DNA of 64,000 nt from Clostridiales bacterium. Its GTDB lineage: Bacteria > Bacillota > Clostridia > Christensenellales > Aristaeellaceae. Shown in pieces: positions 9,110-18,000 of this stretch (position 1 is the first letter of the stretch; every line of letters begins with the position of its first letter). A model generated the notes under the pieces. That model was not told where the DNA came from. It did not search any database and saw nothing but the letters and a program-made list of their open reading frames with translations. Where the stretch lies: contig JAAYFC010000053.1 of assembly GCA_012728435.1 (NCBI GenBank), forward strand, positions 1,662 through 65,661, in the 5' to 3' direction. The position numbers and the translations under genes were made by a program.

Positions 9110-10420
9110 ATGCAACCAACGATTAACGATTTCACCCGGCGCATTGACCGAAGGGAGATGGGTCAATACCTGCGCGTGCCCTTTATCATGCCGCCGGATG
9201 CTGACACCCTGCGCGTGACCTATTCCTATGAGCGCCATCGCCTTCATGATGAGGGGGATGGCCGTGTAACACGGGACGAGATCAACATCGTGGATCTGGC
9301 TTTGGAAAAGCCCGGCTATGAACTGGTGGGCGCTTCTGGCTCAAACCGCCAGGAGATTACCCTGCATGAAAACTACGCAACGCCGGGCTATCATCCCCAC
9401 AGGCTGACACCCGGCACCTGGCATATCATCCTGGGCGCATACCAGATTGAGGAGGCGGGCTGCCCGGTTAAAATACGGGTAGAGATTATGCTCAAGCAAG
9501 GCTTGCTTGTAAAGGGAGACACTCATACCCACACAGTCCACTCCGACGGCTGGTATACGGTGGAGGAAGCCATTGAAAGAGCCCGGGGGGACAGGATGGA
9601 TTTTCTCTTCCTCACCGACCACAACAGCATGGCCTCCAATCCCCTTGTGCGCTCCTATCCGGATTTAACGGTCATCCCCGGGGTGGAGATAACCTACTAT
9701 GGCGGGCATTACAACCTCTTTGGGGTGCAGCGTCCGGTGAAGACCTATGTGGCCAACACCCGGGATGAGGTGTTAACAATTATGGCAGAGGGGCGATATA
9801 ACAAGGCCTTGTGTTCCGTCAACCATCCCACGGATGCCAATTGCCCCTGGACCTTTGGTTTAGGCGAGGATGTGCCGGTGGACATGGTGGAAATCTGGAA
9901 TGGTCCTTACACACCCTGGAACCAAAAGGCCATCGACCTGTGGCAGGAGCATCTGTGCGCTGGGCGGATCTGGCCTGCAATCGGCGGCAGCGATGTCCAC
10001 CACAGCGAGCTGTTCCGCACCTATGGAACCCCGACGACCTTTTTGTACACCAGGTCCCGGGGCGCGTCAGATATTTTGGATGCGATGCGAAAGGGACACG
10101 CCTTTGTGGGCATGCATCCCGAAGCGCCTCATATCCACCTTGGCATCAAAGACGCGCGAATGGGCGATGTGTACCACGGGGAGCCGTCGCCCTTGCGCCT
10201 GCAGGTGGGCCCGCTATCCGCGACGGACGAAGTCCTGGTCATCAACCAGACGGGGGTTCTTTGGCGGCAAACTCCCGGAAAATGCCACCTGTTTGAGGCG
10301 GAAGTATCCGCACATGGCAGCCGTTTTCTGCGGGTGGAGGTTCGCCGCGAATTGCCCAACGGCCTCCCCACCCTGGCAAGCATCAGCAACCCCATCTACA
10401 TCAATCCGGTAGGGGGCTAG
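9110..10420 (+). CDS. PHP-domain metallohydrolase (CehA/McbA-like)
   Basis: A ~135-aa N-terminal beta-rich domain is followed by PHP motifs GDTHTHTVHSDG, FLFLTDHNS and GGSDVHH. The gene is tightly coupled within the operon, with a 10-nt gap upstream. Confidence 0.8.
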   Translation: MQPTINDFTRRIDRREMGQYLRVPFIMPPDADTLRVTYSYERHRLHDEGDGRVTRDEINIVDLALEKPGYELVGASGSNRQEITLHENYATPGYHPHRLTPGTWHIILGAYQIEEAGCPVKIRVEIMLKQGLLVKGDTHTHTVHSDGWYTVEEAIERARGDRMDFLFLTDHNSMASNPLVRSYPDLTVIPGVEITYYGGHYNLFGVQRPVKTYVANTRDEVLTIMAEGRYNKALCSVNHPTDANCPWTFGLGEDVPVDMVEIWNGPYTPWNQKAIDLWQEHLCAGRIWPAIGGSDVHHSELFRTYGTPTTFLYTRSRGASDILDAMRKGHAFVGMHPEAPHIHLGIKDARMGDVYHGEPSPLRLQVGPLSATDEVLVINQTGVLWRQTPGKCHLFEAEVSAHGSRFLRVEVRRELPNGLPTLASISNPIYINPVGG

Positions 10421-10426
10421 GTAAGA

Positions 10427-12496
10427 ATGGACATCCGCAAGGTTCATGTGATTTTTAAGACCCATTTGGACATCGGGTTTACCGACCTGGCCAGCTCAGT
10501 CACGCAGAACTATCTGGAGCACTTCATCCCAGCCGCGCTTGCCACTGCGCGGCTGCATAATATGAAGGGTCAGCCCAAACGCTTTGTGTGGACGGTGGGC
10601 GCGTACCTGATTGACCTGGCGCTGCGCACAGGAAGCACCGCTTTGATTCGGGATCTTGAGGCCGCCATCCATGCGGGGGACATCACCTACCACGCCTTGC
10701 CCTACACCCTCCACTCGGAATTGTGCAGCCCCGCGCTGCTAAAGGCGGGGCTGGGCATCGCGGCGCGGCTGGATGCCCGTTTCGGCCGGCGCACCATCGC
10801 CGCCAAGATGACCGATGTACCCGGCCATACCCGAAGCATCATCAAGCCTTTAACAGAGCAGGGGATCCAGTACCTGCACATCGGCATCAATGATGTAGCC
10901 TGCATGCCGCAGGTTCCTCCCCTGTTTCTCTGGGAGAACGTGGAAGGGCATCAGCTGCTGGTGCACTATGAGCGAGGCTATGGCGGGATCACCGTAGTAC
11001 CCGGCCACCCGGAGGCACTGTGCTTCCTGCACAGTGTGGATAACGCAGGCCCCCCGGATTCCAGGGGGCTAACCCAGTCGTTTGAGCACCTGCAATCCCA
11101 GTTCCCAGGCGCTGTGATTGAGGCATCCACCTTGGACGCCTTTGCCCGCAGCCTCAAAAACAGCCGGGTGAAACTGCCCATATTAAGGCAGGAAATCGGG
11201 GATACATGGATTCATGGCATCGGCACTGATCCCTATAAAACGTCGACGCTGCGCAAACTGGACATGCTCAATACACAATGGGATATTTCAGGACGCTGGG
11301 CAGGTTTTGAAGACCCTTTGCCGGATGGACGCCTGCCGCGACAGGCCTGGCTAGAGCAGCTGTTGCTTACGTGCGAGCACACATGGGGGATGGATTGTAA
11401 GAAGTTTTTAACCGACTACCGCAACTGGACCCGGGATGATTTTGATGCTGCGCGCAAGCGGGACAGGCTGTTGGATGAGGATGCTCATCTCACCGATTAT
11501 TTAGAGTATTTCCATTTTGCAAAGCAAGAATTTGACGCGCTTTCGCCCCGCGGTATCGCCTGGGATCATCGCAGCTACGCGCTGTTTGAGCGCTCCCATC
11601 AGGAGCAACGGGATTATTTGCGAACCGCTGTTGCTTTGCTGCCGCCCTCATTACAGGGGGAAGCTGCGCCTTTGCTTGAGCCGCCCGCCATTTTGGCTGT
11701 GCCACAGGGCGGGGAGCTGCCCCCTCATCAGCAGGTAAACCTGGCAGGCTGGCAGGCTGTATCTGGCGCTGAAGGGTTGATGCTCCGCTCTCCCGATGGG
11801 CAGGAGCTTACAATCGGCTTCCCGATCTACCAGGAAGTGGGCCTGAAGGCCTATGAAAAGCTGACCGGGCATTACCTTAAGCATGTGGAGCACTTCCGCC
11901 TCTGGGCTCTTCCTGACAATACCAAGCTTGGCGTGGAACACAGCGACGCGCCCCTTTTTGACCGTCTGCATCTTCCAAGGGAAGTTCAGGTTCGTTTCCA
12001 TGACGGGTGCTTGTTCGTAAGTGGAAGCTATGGGGAATTAGCCCATCGACTTGCCGGATGCCCAGGGCGCTTTGCCCTGCGTTGCATGCCCGAAAACGGG
12101 CGTCTCCACATCACCTTGCAGCTGCTGGACAAACCAGCAAACCGAAAGCCAGAGACCTTGTTTTTACCGTTTTTCTATTCAGGAAAAGGGGCATTGGCTG
12201 CGCGTAAAATCGGCCAATGGCAAAACCCACAGGACACCGTTTCAGGCGGCAATCAGCGTACGCACGGGATGGACGCCTTTCGTTGGCATCACCCAGAGGG
12301 CCAGGGGCTTGTCGTCCACAGCCCGCATGCCGTCTTGGCATCCATCAGCAAGCCCGCCCTGCTGGACTTTGATGGGGACAGCGCACAGAACCGGGTGTAT
12401 GTTAACCTGTACAACAACCTGTGGGGTACCAACTTTAAAATGTGGTATGACGAGCCCATCAGCTGTGACTTCCAGATAGAGCAAATCTACAAATAA
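10427..12496 (+). CDS. GH38-like / DUF5054-like putative glycoside hydrolase
   Basis: The N-terminus VHVIFKTHLDIGFTD resembles the first metal-binding strand of GH38 alpha-mannosidases. The protein is 689 aa and starts 6 nt after the PHP gene. The family assignment is from memory only. Confidence 0.6.
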   Translation: MDIRKVHVIFKTHLDIGFTDLASSVTQNYLEHFIPAALATARLHNMKGQPKRFVWTVGAYLIDLALRTGSTALIRDLEAAIHAGDITYHALPYTLHSELCSPALLKAGLGIAARLDARFGRRTIAAKMTDVPGHTRSIIKPLTEQGIQYLHIGINDVACMPQVPPLFLWENVEGHQLLVHYERGYGGITVVPGHPEALCFLHSVDNAGPPDSRGLTQSFEHLQSQFPGAVIEASTLDAFARSLKNSRVKLPILRQEIGDTWIHGIGTDPYKTSTLRKLDMLNTQWDISGRWAGFEDPLPDGRLPRQAWLEQLLLTCEHTWGMDCKKFLTDYRNWTRDDFDAARKRDRLLDEDAHLTDYLEYFHFAKQEFDALSPRGIAWDHRSYALFERSHQEQRDYLRTAVALLPPSLQGEAAPLLEPPAILAVPQGGELPPHQQVNLAGWQAVSGAEGLMLRSPDGQELTIGFPIYQEVGLKAYEKLTGHYLKHVEHFRLWALPDNTKLGVEHSDAPLFDRLHLPREVQVRFHDGCLFVSGSYGELAHRLAGCPGRFALRCMPENGRLHITLQLLDKPANRKPETLFLPFFYSGKGALAARKIGQWQNPQDTVSGGNQRTHGMDAFRWHHPEGQGLVVHSPHAVLASISKPALLDFDGDSAQNRVYVNLYNNLWGTNFKMWYDEPISCDFQIEQIYK

Positions 12497-12692
12497 CAGC
12501 ATCAGGCTTTCAGCTTCAAAAGCCATGCTCCGCTCACCTTAAGGCACAGGGCGTCGTTTGATCAATCAACATCAACCTGTATCAACAGCTGTGTCAGCAC
12601 AAGAGCACTCCGTTCTTGTGCATGGCTGCAGCCTGTGATACCATGATGTCAAACAGTGGTTGAACGCATATTGGTGTAAAGGGGGGAGTGTT

Positions 12693-13709
12693 TTGTCGAA
12701 GAAACAGAAGTTGCCCAAACACATCTACGAACAAGAGCTGGAAAGGCTCCAGCTTGAGTTGGTCTATGTCCAGCGCTGGGCCAATAAAACCAAAGCCAGG
12801 ATTGTGATTATCTTCGAGGGACGGGACGCTGCCGGCAAGGGCGGCGTCATCAAAAGCATTACCGAACGGCTCAACCCCAGAACCTGCCGCACCGTTGCCC
12901 TGCCCGTGCCTACAGAAAAAGAGAAGACCCAATGGTACTTCCAACGCTATGTTGCGCACCTGCCCTCTGCCGGTGAAATTGTCATCTTTGACCGCAGTTG
13001 GTACAACCGCGCCGGGGTAGAGCGCGTGATGGGCTTTTGTACGGAGAAGGAACACGAGGACTTTATGCGCGATTGCCCGGATTTTGAGGCCATGCTGATC
13101 AGGTCCGGCATCATCCTGATCAAGTATTGGTTTTCTGTCAGCGCGCAGGAGCAGAAGCGCCGTTTCCAATCGCGGATTTCGGATCCAAGCAAAAACTGGA
13201 AGATCAGCCCCATGGACATGCAAGCCCGCCAGCACTGGGTGGATTATTCACGGGCCAAGGATACCATGCTGCGCTACACGGATACCAAGCTGTCCCCGTG
13301 GTACATCGTGGATTCGGATGATAAAGCGAAATCAAGAATCAATTGCATCAGCCACCTGCTAACCCTGATTCCCTACGAAATCATCCCCTATGAAAAGATG
13401 GCGCTAAAGCCGCTGCAGCGGGATGATTCCTACATCCGCAAACCCATGTCCGAGCAAACCTGGATACCCGATGTCACCTCTGCGCTGATGCAGGCAGAAG
13501 ATCCTCTAACAGAGCGCAAAAAAGCCAAGAAAAAGCCCAATAAGAAGAAAAAAGCGAAGAAGAAAAGCCAGGAGCAGAGCAAACTGGAAGCACCCAAAGC
13601 TGAAGACCAAGCGGAAGAGCTGGATGGGCAGGCAATCGCAAAAGAGGGGGAAAGCCCCATCCCCTCCATTGAAGAAAACGAAGAGGCGCCTGTTCAAACC
13701 CAGGAGTAA
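12693..13709 (+). CDS. ppk2: Polyphosphate kinase 2 (PPK2) with a charged C-terminal extension
   Basis: The Walker A motif is FEGRDAAGKGG. PPK2 core motifs are present (QWYFQRYVAHLP, IFDRSWYNRAGVERVMGF). The likely start is the TTG at 12693, 4 nt after GGGGGGAG. The ORF track start at 12660 lacks a ribosome-binding site. Confidence 0.9.
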   Translation: MSKKQKLPKHIYEQELERLQLELVYVQRWANKTKARIVIIFEGRDAAGKGGVIKSITERLNPRTCRTVALPVPTEKEKTQWYFQRYVAHLPSAGEIVIFDRSWYNRAGVERVMGFCTEKEHEDFMRDCPDFEAMLIRSGIILIKYWFSVSAQEQKRRFQSRISDPSKNWKISPMDMQARQHWVDYSRAKDTMLRYTDTKLSPWYIVDSDDKAKSRINCISHLLTLIPYEIIPYEKMALKPLQRDDSYIRKPMSEQTWIPDVTSALMQAEDPLTERKKAKKKPNKKKKAKKKSQEQSKLEAPKAEDQAEELDGQAIAKEGESPIPSIEENEEAPVQTQE

Positions 13710-13810
13710 GCCCTATCCCAAGTTAGAGTGACTGGCCCTGGACAGGGGATGGATTCAAAGCCCCAGTCAATTTGAGGAGCCCTTGGACGCAAACTCCCTG
13801 ATAAAAACGC

Positions 13811-13841
13811 GAGCTTGTTCCGCATGGAACAGGCTCTTTTT
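13811..13841 (+). terminator. Intrinsic terminator of ppk2
   Basis: An 11-bp stem, GAGCTTGTTCC / GGAACAGGCTC (one G-U pair), has the loop GCAT and is followed by TTTTT. Confidence 0.8.
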
Positions 13842-13904
13842 AGTCTGGCGCTATATCCAAACATGGGCATTTCACGATACAAGCGAGGGAAAGCAAATTA
13901 ATTA

Positions 13905-13918
13905 TACACCTAGGTGTA
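13905..13918. promoter_or_regulatory. Perfect 14-bp palindrome TACACCTAGGTGTA (candidate operator)
   Basis: The sequence is exactly self-complementary and lies in a non-coding region upstream of the surface-protein locus. Confidence 0.3.
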
Positions 13919-13985
13919 GGCATAAAAACGCCCCTTAAACGCACAACCTACCCAAACGGGTGGGTATCCTTTTGCTGTATTTTGA

Positions 13986-13994
13986 TGGTATGAT
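13986..13994 (+). promoter_or_regulatory. Extended -10 promoter element TGgTATGAT
   Basis: It matches the TGnTATAAT extended -10 at 8 of 9 positions. It would give a ~280-nt leader to the surface-protein gene. Confidence 0.35.
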
Positions 13995-14279
13995 GTAAGC
14001 GCATATTAATGTTCATATCAAGCGACCTCATGGACCGATTCAATCTCGTGATGTTATATCTTTGCGGCTAGTCAATCCAAACCGCGTCCCCTTCTATCAT
14101 ACCGGAAGAACAACCCCTGAATCCAGGCATACTGCAAACGAAGCTGACGATGGCAGCAGGATTCATGCATCCATCAAAAACAGACGCAATTCCCCGATAT
14201 GCGGACACATCATTTCTGTTAGCCTTTGTCAACTTATCAGAACCTACCACCAAATCCCAGACAAGTCGAAAGGATGTCC

Positions 14280-15005
14280 ATGATGAAAAGATCAAAACTA
14301 CTATGCGGGCTCTTGGCACTGTTGATGGTTTCAGGGATTTTGCTGGCAATGCCTGTGATTGGTGCAGCCACCAGCACAGGAAAGCTCATCAATGTCCCGC
14401 CCACTTTCGCGACCCCGAAGACACAGCCAACGCCAAAGCCCCCGCCCGTTACACTGACGCTGGAAGTGGATAAAGAGGAAGCGCATGTCGGTGAAACCTT
14501 GACATTCACGGCCACGGCAAGAGGGGGCTCCAGGATGCAAAGCATGTGGCTTTGGATTGTACGGGAAAAGGAACGTCTGGAGGTACTGCCTGAAAATCGG
14601 GAAAACAAATGGACGTATGAACCTGAAGAACCGGGCATCTATTGGGGCGTCTTGATTTATAGCGACTCGTTGCAAACGGTGAACAAGAAAGGCAAGGAGA
14701 TCATTGTAAAGCTGCCGCCCACGCCGGAACCTCCGACGCCGGATCCTCCCACACCGGCACCACCCACACCGGAGCCACCGCCTGAAGAGCTGCCCAGTGA
14801 GCCCATGCAGGTCATGAGTCTAACCAAGCATATTTGGATTACACCCATTGAGGATTTCACGCTGTTAGAAGGCACCACCCTGGAGCAGATCCCTGTTGTA
14901 GTAAGCGCAAAAGAAGAGGTCAGCGACATCCAGATGAAGTTCAAGGGGCTGGCGCCGTATCTGAAGTTTGTAAAGAACCCAAGGACGGACGGGCACCTGG
15001 GCTGA
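14280..15005 (+). CDS. Secreted protein; probable N-terminal fragment of the downstream giant surface protein
   Basis: The signal peptide is MMKRSKLLCGLLALLMVSGILLAMPVIGA. It is followed by an Ig-like segment and the proline-rich linker PPTPEPPTPDPPTPAPPTPEPPPEE. The ORF ends inside what looks like the first half of a He_PIG-type repeat. Confidence 0.6.
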   Translation: MMKRSKLLCGLLALLMVSGILLAMPVIGAATSTGKLINVPPTFATPKTQPTPKPPPVTLTLEVDKEEAHVGETLTFTATARGGSRMQSMWLWIVREKERLEVLPENRENKWTYEPEEPGIYWGVLIYSDSLQTVNKKGKEIIVKLPPTPEPPTPDPPTPAPPTPEPPPEELPSEPMQVMSLTKHIWITPIEDFTLLEGTTLEQIPVVVSAKEEVSDIQMKFKGLAPYLKFVKNPRTDGHLG

Positions 15006-15076
15006 AAGGATACATCAGGCAGGCGGAGCCAAAGCTGGTTCGACCTTTGCGCAAGGTAGAACAAGAGGATGGCACC

Positions 15077-18000
15077 ATGATTGATGTGCCAGGTACACGC
15101 GTTCTCTCCAATTGGATGCCCGGAGAGATGGAGAGGGTGTACAGCTTTTACATCAATGCCACCGGCAAGCATCCGGATGGGGAGAAAAGCATTACCATCA
15201 TGGTCAACATGCGTTATCTGCGTGACGCCAATCGCAACGGCATCCCTGATATGTATGAAGAGTTTGCCCAAAATCCTTTTATACTATCAGATATCCCGGA
15301 CATCAGCATCCTCTCGTCCGAAAAACTCCAAAGTATGCACTATTATGCGATGAAAAACCTGGAATTGGAGGGGGATGATGTCAAGTGGCCTGTTCGGTAT
15401 GGCCTGGGCATGCATCCACCCGGTGTCCGTCTGCACGCAAATGCCCAAGGCAATGAAAAAGGGGAACAAGCCAAAATTGACGGTAAAATAAACCTTGAAT
15501 GGGCAGAACATGAGATGTCCAGAAAAGTGCGAGTCTTTTACACTGGCGAAGACAGTGATGGGAAAACTGCCCAAAATGCGATGGATATCAAGGTGCTGCG
15601 CGATGACGACGCGGATGGGATGCCCGATGGGCTCCTTTCCATCGCCGCGATTCCGCCCAGGATGATTGTTGAGGGTGAATCTATCAAGCCAATCCCCATT
15701 ACTGTCCGCAGTAGCTTGCCAGACCCTGTGGAACTGGGAGTTTTTGCAGGTGTCTTCTATATAAAAGACGACCTACCTCACATCGTATTTTTAGGGCCGG
15801 CGGATTATAACTTGGAGCTGGTCAAGCTGTCAGAAGGCCCTTCTTTTGCGCAGGAAAAGGACGTGAAGCTGCATCATTATGAGATCAGGGGCAAGTTCCG
15901 GTTCCCAAGCGACTTAGGTGATTATGGTTGGGGAAAGAATCAATCGATTAGAAGGTTATATTTACAAGCTTCTGCCTGGAGTGGCGAATACAGTAGTGAG
16001 CCGATGGACCTTTCAATCATGGTGTTGCGTTCAGGTGACAAGGAGGACCCAAGGGTCAAGTATCAGTTTGTTCCTATACCCGACATAACGGTCTATCAAA
16101 CGCAGGAAATACCAACCGTCAAACTGCAAATGAAGCAAGGCAACGAGGATATTCGCTTTCTCACCTCTGAATTGCCCAGCGGACTATCCTTCAATAAAGA
16201 AAACAACACAATCACAGGCTCAATTGCGGTTGGCGAATGGCAGGACTGGGAGGCAGACCGGCGCTACAGCGTCACTGCGTATGCTGTTTATAAGCCAGAG
16301 TGGAATAAAACGTACGAGTTTGATGACCCAAAGGTCATCGCAATCGAACAATTCTACATCACCGTTTTACCCGAAGTCATCGATATGGGCAAGGGCGTCG
16401 CGCCCATTGCGGATCAAACTGTGCTTAACCACACAGTCATCAAGCCCATCATGGTGCGGGGTGAACATGACACACAACTGGCAGGTATCAGGCTGGAAGG
16501 GATGCCCGCTGGAATCAGAGGTGGTCCAGGCGGCTTCATTGAAGGCGCGGTCAACATTTATGATTGGGAAGAAGGGGAGAGCATACGCGGTTTTAATGTG
16601 ACAGTGGAAGCTTCATTTAAAACAGTGCCCAAAGCCCATCGGGACGGCGTCCCCACCATCCAAATCGCGGACACGGCTACCACCAGCTTCACCATGCATG
16701 TCCTGCGGGATGAACCAAGCGGCTGGACGGAAGGGGATGAGCTTGTACCGCTTGCAATCCTCAACATCCCCCAACAAGACATGCAAAATGGGGAGGCAAT
16801 TGCCCCCATCATCATTCAGGTGCAGGACATCAGCAACAGCGGTGTTGAGATTCATGCATTAGGCTTGCCCCCAGGACTCGTCCACGAGCCTGAGGGAGAG
16901 ATTCACGGCACACCTGCTGTAGAAGACTGGGGTGAGAATGAGTTCACCCGCATCTACCATATCACCATTAAGGTGATGAACGGACTGGGACAAGAAACCA
17001 GCAGCATCTTTAAAGCAGCAATCTCGCGGGAAGGTGTAACGGACGAGAATCCGCCGATTCCGGATCCGGACGAGGCGCCGCCATCCGAATACGGCGATAT
17101 GCCGCCATCTGAATCGGGCGATATGCCGCCATCTGAATGGGGTGATATGCCCCCTGCGGAAGAACCGCCCGCGGAAGCACCGCCGGCTGAAGAACCGCCC
17201 GCAGAAGCACCGCCGGCTGAAGAACCACCCGCGGAAGTACCACCTGCGGAAGAACCACCCGCGGAAGTACCACCTGCGGAAGAACCCATCGAGATGCCCG
17301 ACGACATACCCGAGGACATCCCGGAAGATCCTGCGGATAACCCACTGGAAGCCCTTCTGCCGCCGCCGGTTGTCATTGCCGCCAAGGAAGGCTTGACCAT
17401 CGCCATTGCCCAGGGCGAGCAAAGCCAGCACCAGGAGAAAATCCTGCATGGCATCTTTGCGGGCTTGAATCAGGCTGGCTACAGACCGGGTGACAACATC
17501 ACCGTTGAGTACTATCTGGCAGATGAAGAGAACCAGACAGTGGGACGCATCGCAGAACAGCTCAGGCAAAAAGACTATGCGCTTGTCATAGCCATTGGTG
17601 AACCCATGGCTCAAACGGCCCAGCAAGCACTTGAGGGACGAAACCCGCTGGTGTTTGTGGATGTGGCAGATCCGGTAGCGGCAGGGCTGACAGGCTCAGT
17701 CACGGGCATTATCGCAAGCCTTGCCCCCCACCAACTGCTCAATGCCATTGGCACAATCCAACCAAACGCCATGTCCATTGCGTACCTGTACGCGCAAGCC
17801 GCGGACTATGCCGCAAACTACATCAAGGAGGCGGAGGGGGATGGCATGCTGGCTCTGGCTGCGGCTGTCACTGATCCTGCCGCCCTGGTACAGGAAGGGA
17901 TGACACTGCTGGAAACCGCCGAATTGTTGATTGTCAACCAGGAGTTTGAGGACGAAGAATCCTTAAAACAGCTCATTGAAGCGGCCAAGGCAAACGGGAA

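Noticed and set aside
17078-17284. Regular short repeats that could be mistaken for a CRISPR array
   Set aside because: The units are 24 and 15 bp, contiguous with no spacers, in frame, and encode a Pro/Glu-rich protein linker.
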